Virus record (IMG/VR): IMGVR_UViG_3300043449_001497
Location: 1 to 64,000 of that record
Source of the DNA: a virus
Length of the DNA stretch: 64,000 nucleotides
Strand: one strand, 5' to 3'
In this document: positions 55,877 to 64,000 of the stretch, piece after piece
How the letters are laid out: each line of letters begins with the position of its first letter
Position numbering within the stretch: the first letter of the stretch is position 1
The notes under the pieces: model-generated
The model's input: the letters and a program-made list of their open reading frames with translations, nothing else
What the model was told of the DNA's origin: nothing
Databases searched by the model: none
Program-made: the position numbers and the translations under genes

Positions 55877-56364
55877 ACGTCCACCGACTGCCCTGGAGTC
55901 TTCATCTTCGGCGGCGTCGGGTCGAGGTTCTTCTTCTCCCGGAACGCCGCGACCTCGGCCTTCTTCACCTTGTCCTCGGTGCGAAGCTCGCCGACGATCT
56001 TCTCGTCGACGCCGTGTGCCCGCTTGGTGAGGTAGTTCTTGTGCTTCAACTCCTCGACTCGCTGGGTCTTCTTCTCCTTCGTCTCGCTCTCCAGCTCGAT
56101 GTGGTGGCCGGGGAAGCGCTGCTCGATGATGCCCTTCATGCGGTCGAAGTCTTCCTTCGTCTCCGCCTTGCCGAGCACACCCATGTCGATGGGCACGAAG
56201 GAGCCATAGCCCTGTCCGCGAACGGACGGGGCCTGGCCGCTGCTCCAGTCAGCGACACGGGCACCGCCGCACACGGCACACGGGGGCTTCTCCCCGTTCA
56301 TGCTGATGAACACGTTCGCTTCGGTCACGGCGCACGACGGGCACCGCAGGTCAAGGATCGCCAT
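55873..56364 (-). CDS. FmdB-like zinc-ribbon protein
   Basis: N-terminal CPSC...CAVCG, directly after the portal. Confidence 0.7.
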   Translation of the reverse strand: MAILDLRCPSCAVTEANVFISMNGEKPPCAVCGGARVADWSSGQAPSVRGQGYGSFVPIDMGVLGKAETKEDFDRMKGIIEQRFPGHHIELESETKEKKTQRVEELKHKNYLTKRAHGVDEKIVGELRTEDKVKKAEVAAFREKKNLDPTPPKMKTPGQSVDV

Positions 56365-56378
56365 GTGGTCTACTCCAG

Positions 56379-58094
56379 TCAGACTCGAACGGGGGAAGGT
56401 CCACCAGCCGCCAGGCTGGCCTCAGCGGGCTGCTGTTCGCCAGCAGTCGTGGTCTCGGTGCCAGGGACGCCGCCCTGGGCCAAAGCCGCAAGCTCAGGAG
56501 GCAGACCACCAGGAGCCGCGGGGGCTGCCCCCTGAGCCGCGGCCATCTGCTCCATCATCGCCTGCTTCTGAGCGTCGACTTCCTCCTGCGGGATGACGAG
56601 CTTCGCCGGGAGACCCGCACCGTTGACGAGCTCCTCGTCGAGGAGGCGCTTGTTGATGTTCTCGCTCTGCGCGAACACCGGGTACAGCTTGAGCAGCGTC
56701 TCGGCCATGACCGAGGGGTTCTGACGGATGGGGTTGTAGGAGACCATCGAGAAGTTGACGTCCACCCCGTGGATGTCGGGGAGGCTCACTTCCTCCCAGC
56801 CCTCGTGCCCAGAGACCTGGACGAGCTTGGGCTGCTGCATGTACTTCTTCGAGAGGTAGAAGCACTTCTCGGCGACGGACTCGAGAGCGGTGTTGATGTG
56901 CCCTTCGCGGGTGGCGAGACGGGTCCGCATCTGGGCGTCGATGATGGCCATCTCGGTGGCGGTGCGGGCGCCAGCGACCTGACCACGGGCAGCCTCTGCG
57001 AGAGCGCTGATGAACGCCGCGTCGGCCTCCTGGCGGGCGATGAAGTTCTCCACGCCGACCGGGACCTGGGGCATCGGCATCTCGTAGAAGAGGGCCGCCA
57101 GGGTGCGGAGACCCTCGGCGTTGGTCGGGCTGATACCGACGAACGCGCCCGTCGCAGCCTCAACTGCCTTGTTGAGGTCTTCTTCGGTGATGAGCTCGCT
57201 GTTGTACAGGATGCGCGGGATCATCAGGTAGACGATCTGCTTCATGTGCGTGAGCAGGTCGTTCATCGTCTCCTGCTGGTTCAGGACCAGCTGGACCTCG
57301 GAGAGACCGAGGCAGTCGACGGCGCTCTGGTTGAGCGAGAACATCGAGTAGGGGATGAAGTCCAGGGGACCCTGGAACACCACGGCGTCAGCCTGCCGGA
57401 CGTAGTGCGTGACCGTCCCGGAGTCGACGTCGTAGTACTCCCACACCGTCACCCACTCGAACGCATCGCGGAGGGGGCCCGCATCGTTGGTCTTGTAGGT
57501 GTCCGAGATCCACTTCGGGTAGCGGTCGGGGGTGACGTCGGCGATCTTGTCGCTCTTGTAGCGACCCGACTTCACTCGGCGCTGAAACTCACCCCAGGGG
57601 ATGACGGAAGCCTCGAGCCAGTAGCGGATGTCGTCCGGGTCACGGACGGTCTGGTCGAAGAACACGGCACCCGGCTCGAGGACACGCACCATCGGGCGGT
57701 CCTCCTTCGCGTTCCAGCCGACCTTGAACACGCCACGCTTGCAGAGGACCGCATCGATGAGAGCGGTCGCCGCACGACGGCGCATGTTGTTGGAGTCGAA
57801 GACGTACTCCATCAGGCCGTTGACCAGGGGGACAGCAGCCTGGCTTTCCTTGTTGCGCGGGTTGGCCGCGACCTGCGGGTTGGGGCCCAGGAGCGCGCTG
57901 ACCGCCGTGTCGGCGATGGCGTAGATCATGTTCTTCGAGCAGAGGAAGCTGGGGATGGCTCCGTCCGCCAGGTTCACGTCGTTGCGGCTCGTGTAGAACT
58001 CGCCACGGTAGTACCGCCGCGCCTTGTCGAAGTTCTTCTTCTCGACCCGCTCGTAGTAGCGACGATGGCGGTCGATGAGGTTGGCGAGGTTCAT
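56379..58094 (-). CDS. Portal protein
   Basis: About 570 aa after TerL; GVFKVGW, RTATE motif, Gln/Ala/Pro-rich tail. Confidence 0.85.
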   Translation of the reverse strand: MNLANLIDRHRRYYERVEKKNFDKARRYYRGEFYTSRNDVNLADGAIPSFLCSKNMIYAIADTAVSALLGPNPQVAANPRNKESQAAVPLVNGLMEYVFDSNNMRRRAATALIDAVLCKRGVFKVGWNAKEDRPMVRVLEPGAVFFDQTVRDPDDIRYWLEASVIPWGEFQRRVKSGRYKSDKIADVTPDRYPKWISDTYKTNDAGPLRDAFEWVTVWEYYDVDSGTVTHYVRQADAVVFQGPLDFIPYSMFSLNQSAVDCLGLSEVQLVLNQQETMNDLLTHMKQIVYLMIPRILYNSELITEEDLNKAVEAATGAFVGISPTNAEGLRTLAALFYEMPMPQVPVGVENFIARQEADAAFISALAEAARGQVAGARTATEMAIIDAQMRTRLATREGHINTALESVAEKCFYLSKKYMQQPKLVQVSGHEGWEEVSLPDIHGVDVNFSMVSYNPIRQNPSVMAETLLKLYPVFAQSENINKRLLDEELVNGAGLPAKLVIPQEEVDAQKQAMMEQMAAAQGAAPAAPGGLPPELAALAQGGVPGTETTTAGEQQPAEASLAAGGPSPVRV

Positions 58095-59746
58095 GTCCAC
58101 TCCCTGGCAACGGGCTTGAAGGGGTTCCGCGACGAGGCGCGCTCTTGATTCTTGAAGCGGTCGAGGTCCGCTATGGTAACCCGCGGACCGTCTCCCTGCG
58201 TGTAGTCGGACGCCTGCACCTGTACTTGCGGTTCATCGGAAGTGAAGCGCCGTCGACTCAGGATGTCGGCGGCCATGACCGCAGTGCGGGCAAGGTCGAA
58301 GTGGTGCGTCGTTCCGTCGCTGTTCGACGCGCGCTTGGTGCGGCTGCCGTCGTAGTTCTTCAGCTGGTGGAGCAGCGTCTTCGACTTGATGGTGATGTCC
58401 CGGTCGCGAAGCATGCGAACGAGTCGAGCTTCGCCCTCCTGGACACGCTTCTCCGTCGCGTACCAACCAGGGTGGTTGCGGTCCGTCCACAGGAGGTTCT
58501 TCGCACCCTTGTCCTTCAGCATGGCGATGCACGCTGCGGCGTTGGACTCGACTGCCAGGAGGGCGTTGTTGAAGAAGCGCTGGAGCTTCAGCAGGCGCTC
58601 GGCGAACTTGCCTGGGTCCTCTCGACCTTCCCAGACTGCGACCTCTCGGCGCTCGACAGCGTCCCACACCGTCACGGCGCTGTTGTCACCGACAGAGCCA
58701 AAGCCAGCGGGGTCACCGCAGATGAGGTAGCTCCGGCCTTGGACCGGACGCTCGAGCAGTGACGCGCCGCCAGGGACAGGTTCGGGCGGTGCGACGGACG
58801 AGAGCAGGCAACGCTCCAACGCCTCAAGCGGCATGACCGGACTGCCGCCACCAAGCCAGCCGTCGAGCTCATGGGACGGGTACTTCGAGGTGAAGAGACG
58901 CTCGTCCTCGCCCATTTCCGTCTGGAGAGACAGGCGGCGGAACGCCAGGTTGTGGAGGTCCATCCCAGGATGGCGGCTCATGTACTCGAGCTCGACCTCC
59001 GTCGGCTTCACCCCAGCCGGGTCAGCTCGACAGCTCGGGTCCAGCCACCACTCGAGGAACACAGGATGGAAGCGGCCCTTTCCCTCGAGAGCGTTCTGCC
59101 ACATCGTCTCGTGGTGGCTACCCGCCGAACCAGGCGTCGACTCGAGGATGACACGAGCGTTCACACGCTTGTTGACCGCGGGGAAGATGTTCGCGGCAGC
59201 CTTGCGCTGCCACTGTGCTTCACCGAACTCGGTGATGAGCAGGCGGTCGATGGAACGACCGACGGCCGGAGACTTGCCGCCCGCGGTGAGGACCTTGATG
59301 CCCCCGCCGTGGATGAAGTGGATCTGGGTCGTGCCCGGCTTGCGGCCCACCTCGGTCGGAACCTTCACGTCATCGGGCAGGTTCTTGTAGGCGAACAGGA
59401 TGCGCTCGAAGATGTCTTCGGCCGTGTCCTGGCGCTCGGCGATGAGCACGCCCTTCACGCCCTCCAGGTACATGCAGTCCCGCAGGAGCAGCATGACCGA
59501 CGGCGTGGTGATCTTCGCCTGGCGGAACTTGTCGCACAGGACCCAGCGGTGGTCGGCACACGCCTGGAGGAACTTCATCTGGATGTTGGTCGGTTCGAGG
59601 TAGCCGATGGACTCGTCCTCGCGGACGATCTGGCACATCGACACGAAGGCCCAGGGCGTGCTGAACATCGCCTCGACCTTCCGCATGTTCATGCCTGGGA
59701 AGACTGCGAGCTTCGCACCTCCCGGTAGACTTGCAGGCGCACTCAC
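58091..59746 (-). CDS. terL: Terminase large subunit
   Basis: KFRQAKITT (Walker A-like), LLITEF, ILESTP; RNase H motifs ICGDPA...DNS and AVESN. Confidence 0.9.
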   Translation of the reverse strand: MSAPASLPGGAKLAVFPGMNMRKVEAMFSTPWAFVSMCQIVREDESIGYLEPTNIQMKFLQACADHRWVLCDKFRQAKITTPSVMLLLRDCMYLEGVKGVLIAERQDTAEDIFERILFAYKNLPDDVKVPTEVGRKPGTTQIHFIHGGGIKVLTAGGKSPAVGRSIDRLLITEFGEAQWQRKAAANIFPAVNKRVNARVILESTPGSAGSHHETMWQNALEGKGRFHPVFLEWWLDPSCRADPAGVKPTEVELEYMSRHPGMDLHNLAFRRLSLQTEMGEDERLFTSKYPSHELDGWLGGGSPVMPLEALERCLLSSVAPPEPVPGGASLLERPVQGRSYLICGDPAGFGSVGDNSAVTVWDAVERREVAVWEGREDPGKFAERLLKLQRFFNNALLAVESNAAACIAMLKDKGAKNLLWTDRNHPGWYATEKRVQEGEARLVRMLRDRDITIKSKTLLHQLKNYDGSRTKRASNSDGTTHHFDLARTAVMAADILSRRRFTSDEPQVQVQASDYTQGDGPRVTIADLDRFKNQERASSRNPFKPVAREWT

Positions 59747-59797
59747 GATAGGATGGTCCTCGAGCCTATGCTATCACGGTATGGGTCGGGAGGACAC

Positions 59798-60022
59798 ATG
59801 GCCGAGAAGTGGATCCAGGGCGCGATCAAGAACCCAGGCGCGCTTCACGAGAAGCTGGGCGTGAAGAAGGGCGAGAAGATCCCCGAAGGTCAGATCGCCT
59901 CGAAGATCTCGCAGCTCCAGGGCGAGGCCGAAGGGGACAAGAAGCTCTCCGCGGCCAAGCGCACGCTCCTGAAGGAGCTCGTCCTCGCTCGTACTCTCGG
60001 CAAGATGAACAAGGGGAAGTGA
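59798..60022 (+). CDS. Small basic phage protein
   Basis: 'KWIQGAIKNPGALHEKLGV..GEKIP...LARTL' widespread phage motif. Confidence 0.75.
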   Translation: MAEKWIQGAIKNPGALHEKLGVKKGEKIPEGQIASKISQLQGEAEGDKKLSAAKRTLLKELVLARTLGKMNKGK

Positions 60023-60023
60023 C

Positions 60024-60191
60024 ATGATCGGCAACGACGTGAAGAACACCACCCGCTCCGACCTCCGCGGCGGCAACGCCGGGATGAAGCAGACGGCGAA
60101 GCAGGCTCCGACGGGCGAGAACTTCAGCCGCGACATGCGCCGCGAGATGCTGAAGCAGCTCATCGTCGACCGCATGTCGAAGAAGGGCTGA
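60024..60191 (+). CDS. Small basic protein (55 aa)
   Basis: Fills the gap with an in-frame ATG...TGA. Confidence 0.5.
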   Translation: MIGNDVKNTTRSDLRGGNAGMKQTAKQAPTGENFSRDMRREMLKQLIVDRMSKKG

Positions 60192-60192
60192 C

Positions 60193-60564
60193 ATGGCCGA
60201 CACCAGCTTCAAGCCACCTCCGTCCGTCGCGTCGGCCGCAGCTCGTGGCCTGGAGCTGCGTCAGCAGCAGGCGCCGAGCCAGAAGGCAGGACTCGACACC
60301 AAGCAGGCCGCGGCCCAGGGCATCGGCTCGGGTGTCCAACGCGCGTCGAACCTGAAGTCGGGCGCCGCGTTGAGTGAGTCCACGGTGCGTCGCATGAAGA
60401 ACTACTTCACGCGGCATGCCAGCAACTACAAGCTCGACCCCGGCAAGTCCCCCAAGGAAGACAAGGGGTACGTAGCGGGCCTCTTGTGGGGCGGAGAAGC
60501 CGGGAAGTCCTGGGCTACGAGCCTCGTTGCACGCCTCGATGCGAGGCGAAAGGCAGGCAAGTGA
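60193..60564 (+). CDS. Conserved phage head-region protein
   Basis: 'AARGLELR...GVQRA...TVRRM..YF.RH...LLWGG' motif. Confidence 0.7.
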   Translation: MADTSFKPPPSVASAAARGLELRQQQAPSQKAGLDTKQAAAQGIGSGVQRASNLKSGAALSESTVRRMKNYFTRHASNYKLDPGKSPKEDKGYVAGLLWGGEAGKSWATSLVARLDARRKAGK

Positions 60565-60986
60565 TGGACAAGCGCGAGACCCTCAAGCAGGTCTACTCGG
60601 ACCCTGAGCTCCGGGAGAGCATCAAGGACCGCATCATGGCGGGGAGCAAGGGCGGTGCGCCTGGACAGTGGTCCGCGCGCAAGGCCCAGATGGTCGCCCA
60701 GGAGTACAAGGCCAAGGGCGGCGGCTATGAGGGCGGTCCGTCGAAGCAGCAGACGAGCCTCAAGCGCTGGACCAAGCAGGACTGGACCACGCCCTCGGGA
60801 AAGCCCAGCACCCAGGGACCGAAGGCCACGGGCGAGGTCTACGCGCCGCGTCGTGCCATCGAGAAGCTCCGCTCGAGCCCTGGCGGGATGGCGAAGTTGG
60901 CCGCCGCTACCCAGAAGAAGCGCGAGGCTAGCCGCCAGGGCAAGCAGTTCGCTCGTCACGGTCTGCACGAGGGCAAGGATCGCTAG
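60564..60986 (+). CDS. Basic protein, DUF5872-like
   Basis: GSKGG.PGQWSARKAQ...EYK..GGGY; SLKRWTKQDW. Confidence 0.7.
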   Translation: MDKRETLKQVYSDPELRESIKDRIMAGSKGGAPGQWSARKAQMVAQEYKAKGGGYEGGPSKQQTSLKRWTKQDWTTPSGKPSTQGPKATGEVYAPRRAIEKLRSSPGGMAKLAAATQKKREASRQGKQFARHGLHEGKDR

Positions 60987-61173
60987 ACCGCGCATCGAGC
61001 TGACGCAGCCGCCGCCGAGCGAGGCGGCGTGTCTTCTGCTTGTCCGAGAGGACGGCGCAGCATGGGCAGGTCTGGCCGCCCTTGTGCCATCCTGTGATGC
61101 CACGCTTGAAGTCATCCATACGTGGACCCTCTCACACCCGTTCCCTAACCTGAAAAAATCTTCGTGCAACCCC

Positions 61174-61202
61174 TTGCACCGAGATAACCACAGCGGTATC
61201 TA
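61174..61202 (+). promoter_or_regulatory. Putative promoter of the capsid operon
   Basis: TTGCAC-17-TATCTA with an upstream A-tract; inverted repeat GTGCAA-cccc-TTGCAC over the -35. Confidence 0.5.
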
Positions 61203-61352
61203 GACCGTGCACCCCTCCAAGTGCATCGGGTAGCCCGCAAGGGTCCGTAGCTACGAAGAGCGGGCAGGCGCAGCCCCAGAACCTCAACCGTTCCTTCGAC
61301 CCCGCCGGGTTGGAGTCGCTAGCGCGTCTGCCCCCCGGCTACGGAGTGCCCA

Positions 61353-62408
61353 ATGGCTATCTCTACCGAAATCCTGAACACCACGTTCGCGGACCTCCGC
61401 GGCCCCCTGATCAACTCGTTCATCCGCTCGAACGAGCTCCTCGACGCGCTCATGAGCAAGGCCCGCATGCCCTCCGAGGGCGGCAGCCTCATCGAGCGTT
61501 CCTTCGCTGGTGGCGCCCCCGCCCGCGGCGTTGGCGTGTTCGTTGGCGATGAGCTCCTCAACATGACGCGCCGTCAGCAGACCAAGCGCTTCCAGGTTGA
61601 GCCGCACCGCATCGTCGCGGCGATCAACATCCCGAAGAAGGAACTCCTCTTCAACAGCGGCAAGCTCGCTGTCATCCGCCTCATCGAGGAGTACCCCCAG
61701 ACCACGCTCGAGGGCGCGAAGGCCGACCTCAACGCCTTCCTCCTCACCGGGCAGAGCCGCGGTCTCGTCTTCCAGACGGCCGACCTCGCGGGCTTCCTGA
61801 GCCTCAACGGCGACTTCGCCGCGGGCTCCGGCACGGGCGTCACCAACGGTCTTCTCGACTTCCAGGCGATTGGTTCCCAGAACCAGGTCGTCCAGAACGT
61901 CCAGAAGAGCTCGGCGTACTACCACTTCAACCAGTACAACAACATCACCAGCTGGGCCACGGACGGTCTCCCCACCCTCCGCAAGACCTACCGCCAGTGC
62001 GCCCACTACGCGGGCGGCATGGGCAAGGGTCCGGACCTGGTGATCATGGACGACGACACCTACACGAACTTCGAGGACAGCCGTCTCTCGCTCGTTCGCG
62101 TGACGCTCGTCGAGGACAAGACCGAGAAGAGCAACACCCTCGGCCTCGACCTCGGCGTCGCCAAGGTGTACAGCTCCATCGACCTCAACCGCGCTGGCGG
62201 CGGGTTCGGTGTGGCGGCTCAGCAGGGCGTCACCTACATCCTCAACACGGACTTCCTCGAGATGCCCCTCATGGAGGCCCCGAGCATCACCCCGTTCACC
62301 GAGCGCGTCGGCGACCAGGACGTGGTCACGGCCATCTTCTCGATGCAGGGCAACCTCATCTGCACGAAGACCCCGGCCCAGGGCTGCGTCTCCGGCGGCG
62401 CGTCCTGA
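61353..62408 (+). CDS. Major capsid protein
   Basis: 351 aa, extreme codon bias; 'NTT...L.D/N', 'NSG...VIRLI' and C-terminal 'GNLIC..P.QG' HK97-fold pattern. Confidence 0.85.
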   Translation: MAISTEILNTTFADLRGPLINSFIRSNELLDALMSKARMPSEGGSLIERSFAGGAPARGVGVFVGDELLNMTRRQQTKRFQVEPHRIVAAINIPKKELLFNSGKLAVIRLIEEYPQTTLEGAKADLNAFLLTGQSRGLVFQTADLAGFLSLNGDFAAGSGTGVTNGLLDFQAIGSQNQVVQNVQKSSAYYHFNQYNNITSWATDGLPTLRKTYRQCAHYAGGMGKGPDLVIMDDDTYTNFEDSRLSLVRVTLVEDKTEKSNTLGLDLGVAKVYSSIDLNRAGGGFGVAAQQGVTYILNTDFLEMPLMEAPSITPFTERVGDQDVVTAIFSMQGNLICTKTPAQGCVSGGAS

Positions 62409-62449
62409 TCCAGGTCGCTCGGTAACCTCAACCTCTAGGAGATTCTCAC

Positions 62450-62992
62450 ATGTCTTCCGCAAACAACATGGTCTTCGGCAACGACGTCACCGTTGTCGAC
62501 GCCACTCAGGTCTACCCCCTCGGCACCGAGCGCCTCGTCCTCGCGTCGCAGTCCGGCACGGGCAGCGACCAGGTCTGGCGCTACGTCCTCAACAACACCG
62601 GGTCCGCGTTCACGCAGGGCCAGGTGGTGATGGCGACCGTGGCGACGCAGTCCGCGGGCAGCGGCGTCCTCGCGACGCAGGACGTCCCCAAGCTCCGCGT
62701 TCTCGGTGTGGCGCAGACCTACACCACGGCGGGCAGCGCCCTCACCACGTTCGGCGCTGGCGCCTACGGCTGGGTTCTCGCCCACGGCTACGGCTCGGTG
62801 CTCACCGCGGCTGCTGGTGTGGCTGCTGACTCCACCATCGCGGTCAGCGCGACGGCGGGTTCGGTCTACGCCAGCCCGGCTCCCGGCTCGGCCGCTGCGG
62901 CGCAGGCGAACGCCCTCGCGGTCATCGGCTACAACCACGTCGCGACTGCGGCGGCGGCTGTCGTCACGACCGCCTGGATCGACTGCCGCTGA
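62450..62992 (+). CDS. Capsid decoration/cement-like protein
   Basis: Directly follows the MCP; 'YPLGT...WRYV...YGWV...G'. Confidence 0.65.
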   Translation: MSSANNMVFGNDVTVVDATQVYPLGTERLVLASQSGTGSDQVWRYVLNNTGSAFTQGQVVMATVATQSAGSGVLATQDVPKLRVLGVAQTYTTAGSALTTFGAGAYGWVLAHGYGSVLTAAAGVAADSTIAVSATAGSVYASPAPGSAAAAQANALAVIGYNHVATAAAAVVTTAWIDCR

Positions 62993-63028
62993 TGTAGCGA
63001 GTCCGGCGTAACCGGATAGGAGGCGGGC

Positions 63029-64000
63029 ATGGACACTTCTCGTGGGGCGCTCCGTGCCCGCCTCTTCAGCTTCCGCTCGTGGGACTCGACTGGGTCCACG
63101 CTGAACGCCAGGGTCGACCAGGCGATCAACTCAGCGCTCGAGCGCATCTCCGGTGATGTGCCGGAGGCCGTCGTCCCCGACGACGAGCACATCGTCCTCC
63201 AGAAGGACGCTATCGGGTCGGATGCCAGTGTCGCGGCGCGCATCAGCACGACCTCCGACGACCGGGTGCTGGAGTTCACGGACGAGAGCAACAACCCGCT
63301 CACGTCGTCCAGCCCCTGGGTGCCCGAGACGGACGGGACCTACGACGGCATCATGCACCTCGAGCTGACCGACTCCAAGGGTGAGCGCCATCGGCGCCAG
63401 TGCCTGGAGTTCTGGATCGCCAAGGCCAGCGGCTCGCCTGATCGCTACTACGTCTCCATCGACCGCCCCTGGGAATGGGGCACGGACGTGGGGATGACCT
63501 TCCGGCTCTACCAGCCGGAGTTCTTCGTTACCGACGACGTGACGAAGGTGCTCGAGCCTGCGCGCATCTACGACGAGACGCGCCAGCAGGTCTGGGCCAT
63601 CGACACGGGCGGTGCCTACCGCCAGGACATGATCGACTGGAACGGCGAGAACGTCGCGCGCCCCTACCGCTTCTGGCGTGGACGTCACTTCCAGATTCCG
63701 GCTCCGTCGACCGCACCGACTGTGGCTGCTGCTGAGCAGGCGGCCTGGGCGGGTCCTGAGCAGGAAGGCACGTTCACCTTCGTCTACACCTACGTCTGGG
63801 GTCGCAAGGACCTGGAGTGGCAGTCCGCTCCAGGCGGCATCCGCGACCCGCAGTGGGAGAGTGCCCCGTCCCCGGTCAGCGCGACCTTCTCCCACACGAC
63901 GAACCCCGGTGATGCCATCGTTCTCACGGGCACCAACATCGATGCGATGATGGGCTTCGGCGAGTCGGCGACGCTCCGCTACAGCCGCAGCGGCATGCGT
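63029..64000 (+). CDS. Putative head-tail adaptor/tail protein, 3'-truncated
   Basis: AGGAGG RBS; N-terminal 'LRARL...VDQAINSALERI' adaptor-like helices; frame open to the window end. Confidence 0.6.
   Translation, partial: MDTSRGALRARLFSFRSWDSTGSTLNARVDQAINSALERISGDVPEAVVPDDEHIVLQKDAIGSDASVAARISTTSDDRVLEFTDESNNPLTSSSPWVPETDGTYDGIMHLELTDSKGERHRRQCLEFWIAKASGSPDRYYVSIDRPWEWGTDVGMTFRLYQPEFFVTDDVTKVLEPARIYDETRQQVWAIDTGGAYRQDMIDWNGENVARPYRFWRGRHFQIPAPSTAPTVAAAEQAAWAGPEQEGTFTFVYTYVWGRKDLEWQSAPGGIRDPQWESAPSPVSATFSHTTNPGDAIVLTGTNIDAMMGFGESATLRYSRSGMR

Larger units (their letters stand above)
1..64000. mobile_element. Tailed dsDNA bacteriophage genome segment (Caudoviricetes, probably podovirus-like)
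   Basis: Terminase, portal, major capsid, endolysin, phage-type PolA, ThyX and dCMP deaminase in dense operons; no host housekeeping context. Confidence 0.95.

Noticed and set aside
60928-61119. 63-aa minus-strand ORF with CPCC
   Set aside because: Overlaps the upstream gene end and has no recognisable family; possible but unsupported

Overview
The window reads as a 64-kb piece of a high-GC tailed dsDNA phage genome, probably podovirus-like, because no tape-measure, tail-tube or sheath genes are recognisable. No integrase, tRNA, rRNA or CRISPR array was seen. Layout: (1) 1-18.2 kb, + strand: putative ejection/internal virion proteins, including a 2985-aa protein with an HExxH zincin motif, then Gly-rich tail/fibre genes and a lysis module with an M15 peptidase. 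(2) 18.3-19.4 kb, - strand: an XRE-type HTH regulator, divergent from the next block. (3) 19.5-39.1 kb, + strand: replication/recombination genes (SNF2-like helicase, Cas4-like nuclease, AAA_24/Sak4-like ATPase, SSB candidate, Dps-like protein, UDG-PolA fusion, ThyX, dCMP deaminase, Rad50-like ATPase, DUF927 helicase, TerS-like HTH). This block contains an array of mini-genes joined by a repeated 'GEHRREE'/RBS junction. (4) 39.2-51.4 kb, - strand: an early-type region of small genes with near-consensus sigma70 promoters, boxA-like elements and at least two families of repeated, covarying intergenic hairpins. (5) 51.7-64 kb: an alpha-CTD-like protein, an inverted terminase-portal-scaffold block, a candidate small RNA, and the major capsid gene behind a structured leader. 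The most unusual signals are the covarying RNA element family and cassette architecture of the early region, the GEHRREE-linked gene array, and a PolA whose steric-gate Glu is replaced by His in a replisome with no visible primase. All functional calls come from motif recognition by eye; no database searches were run.
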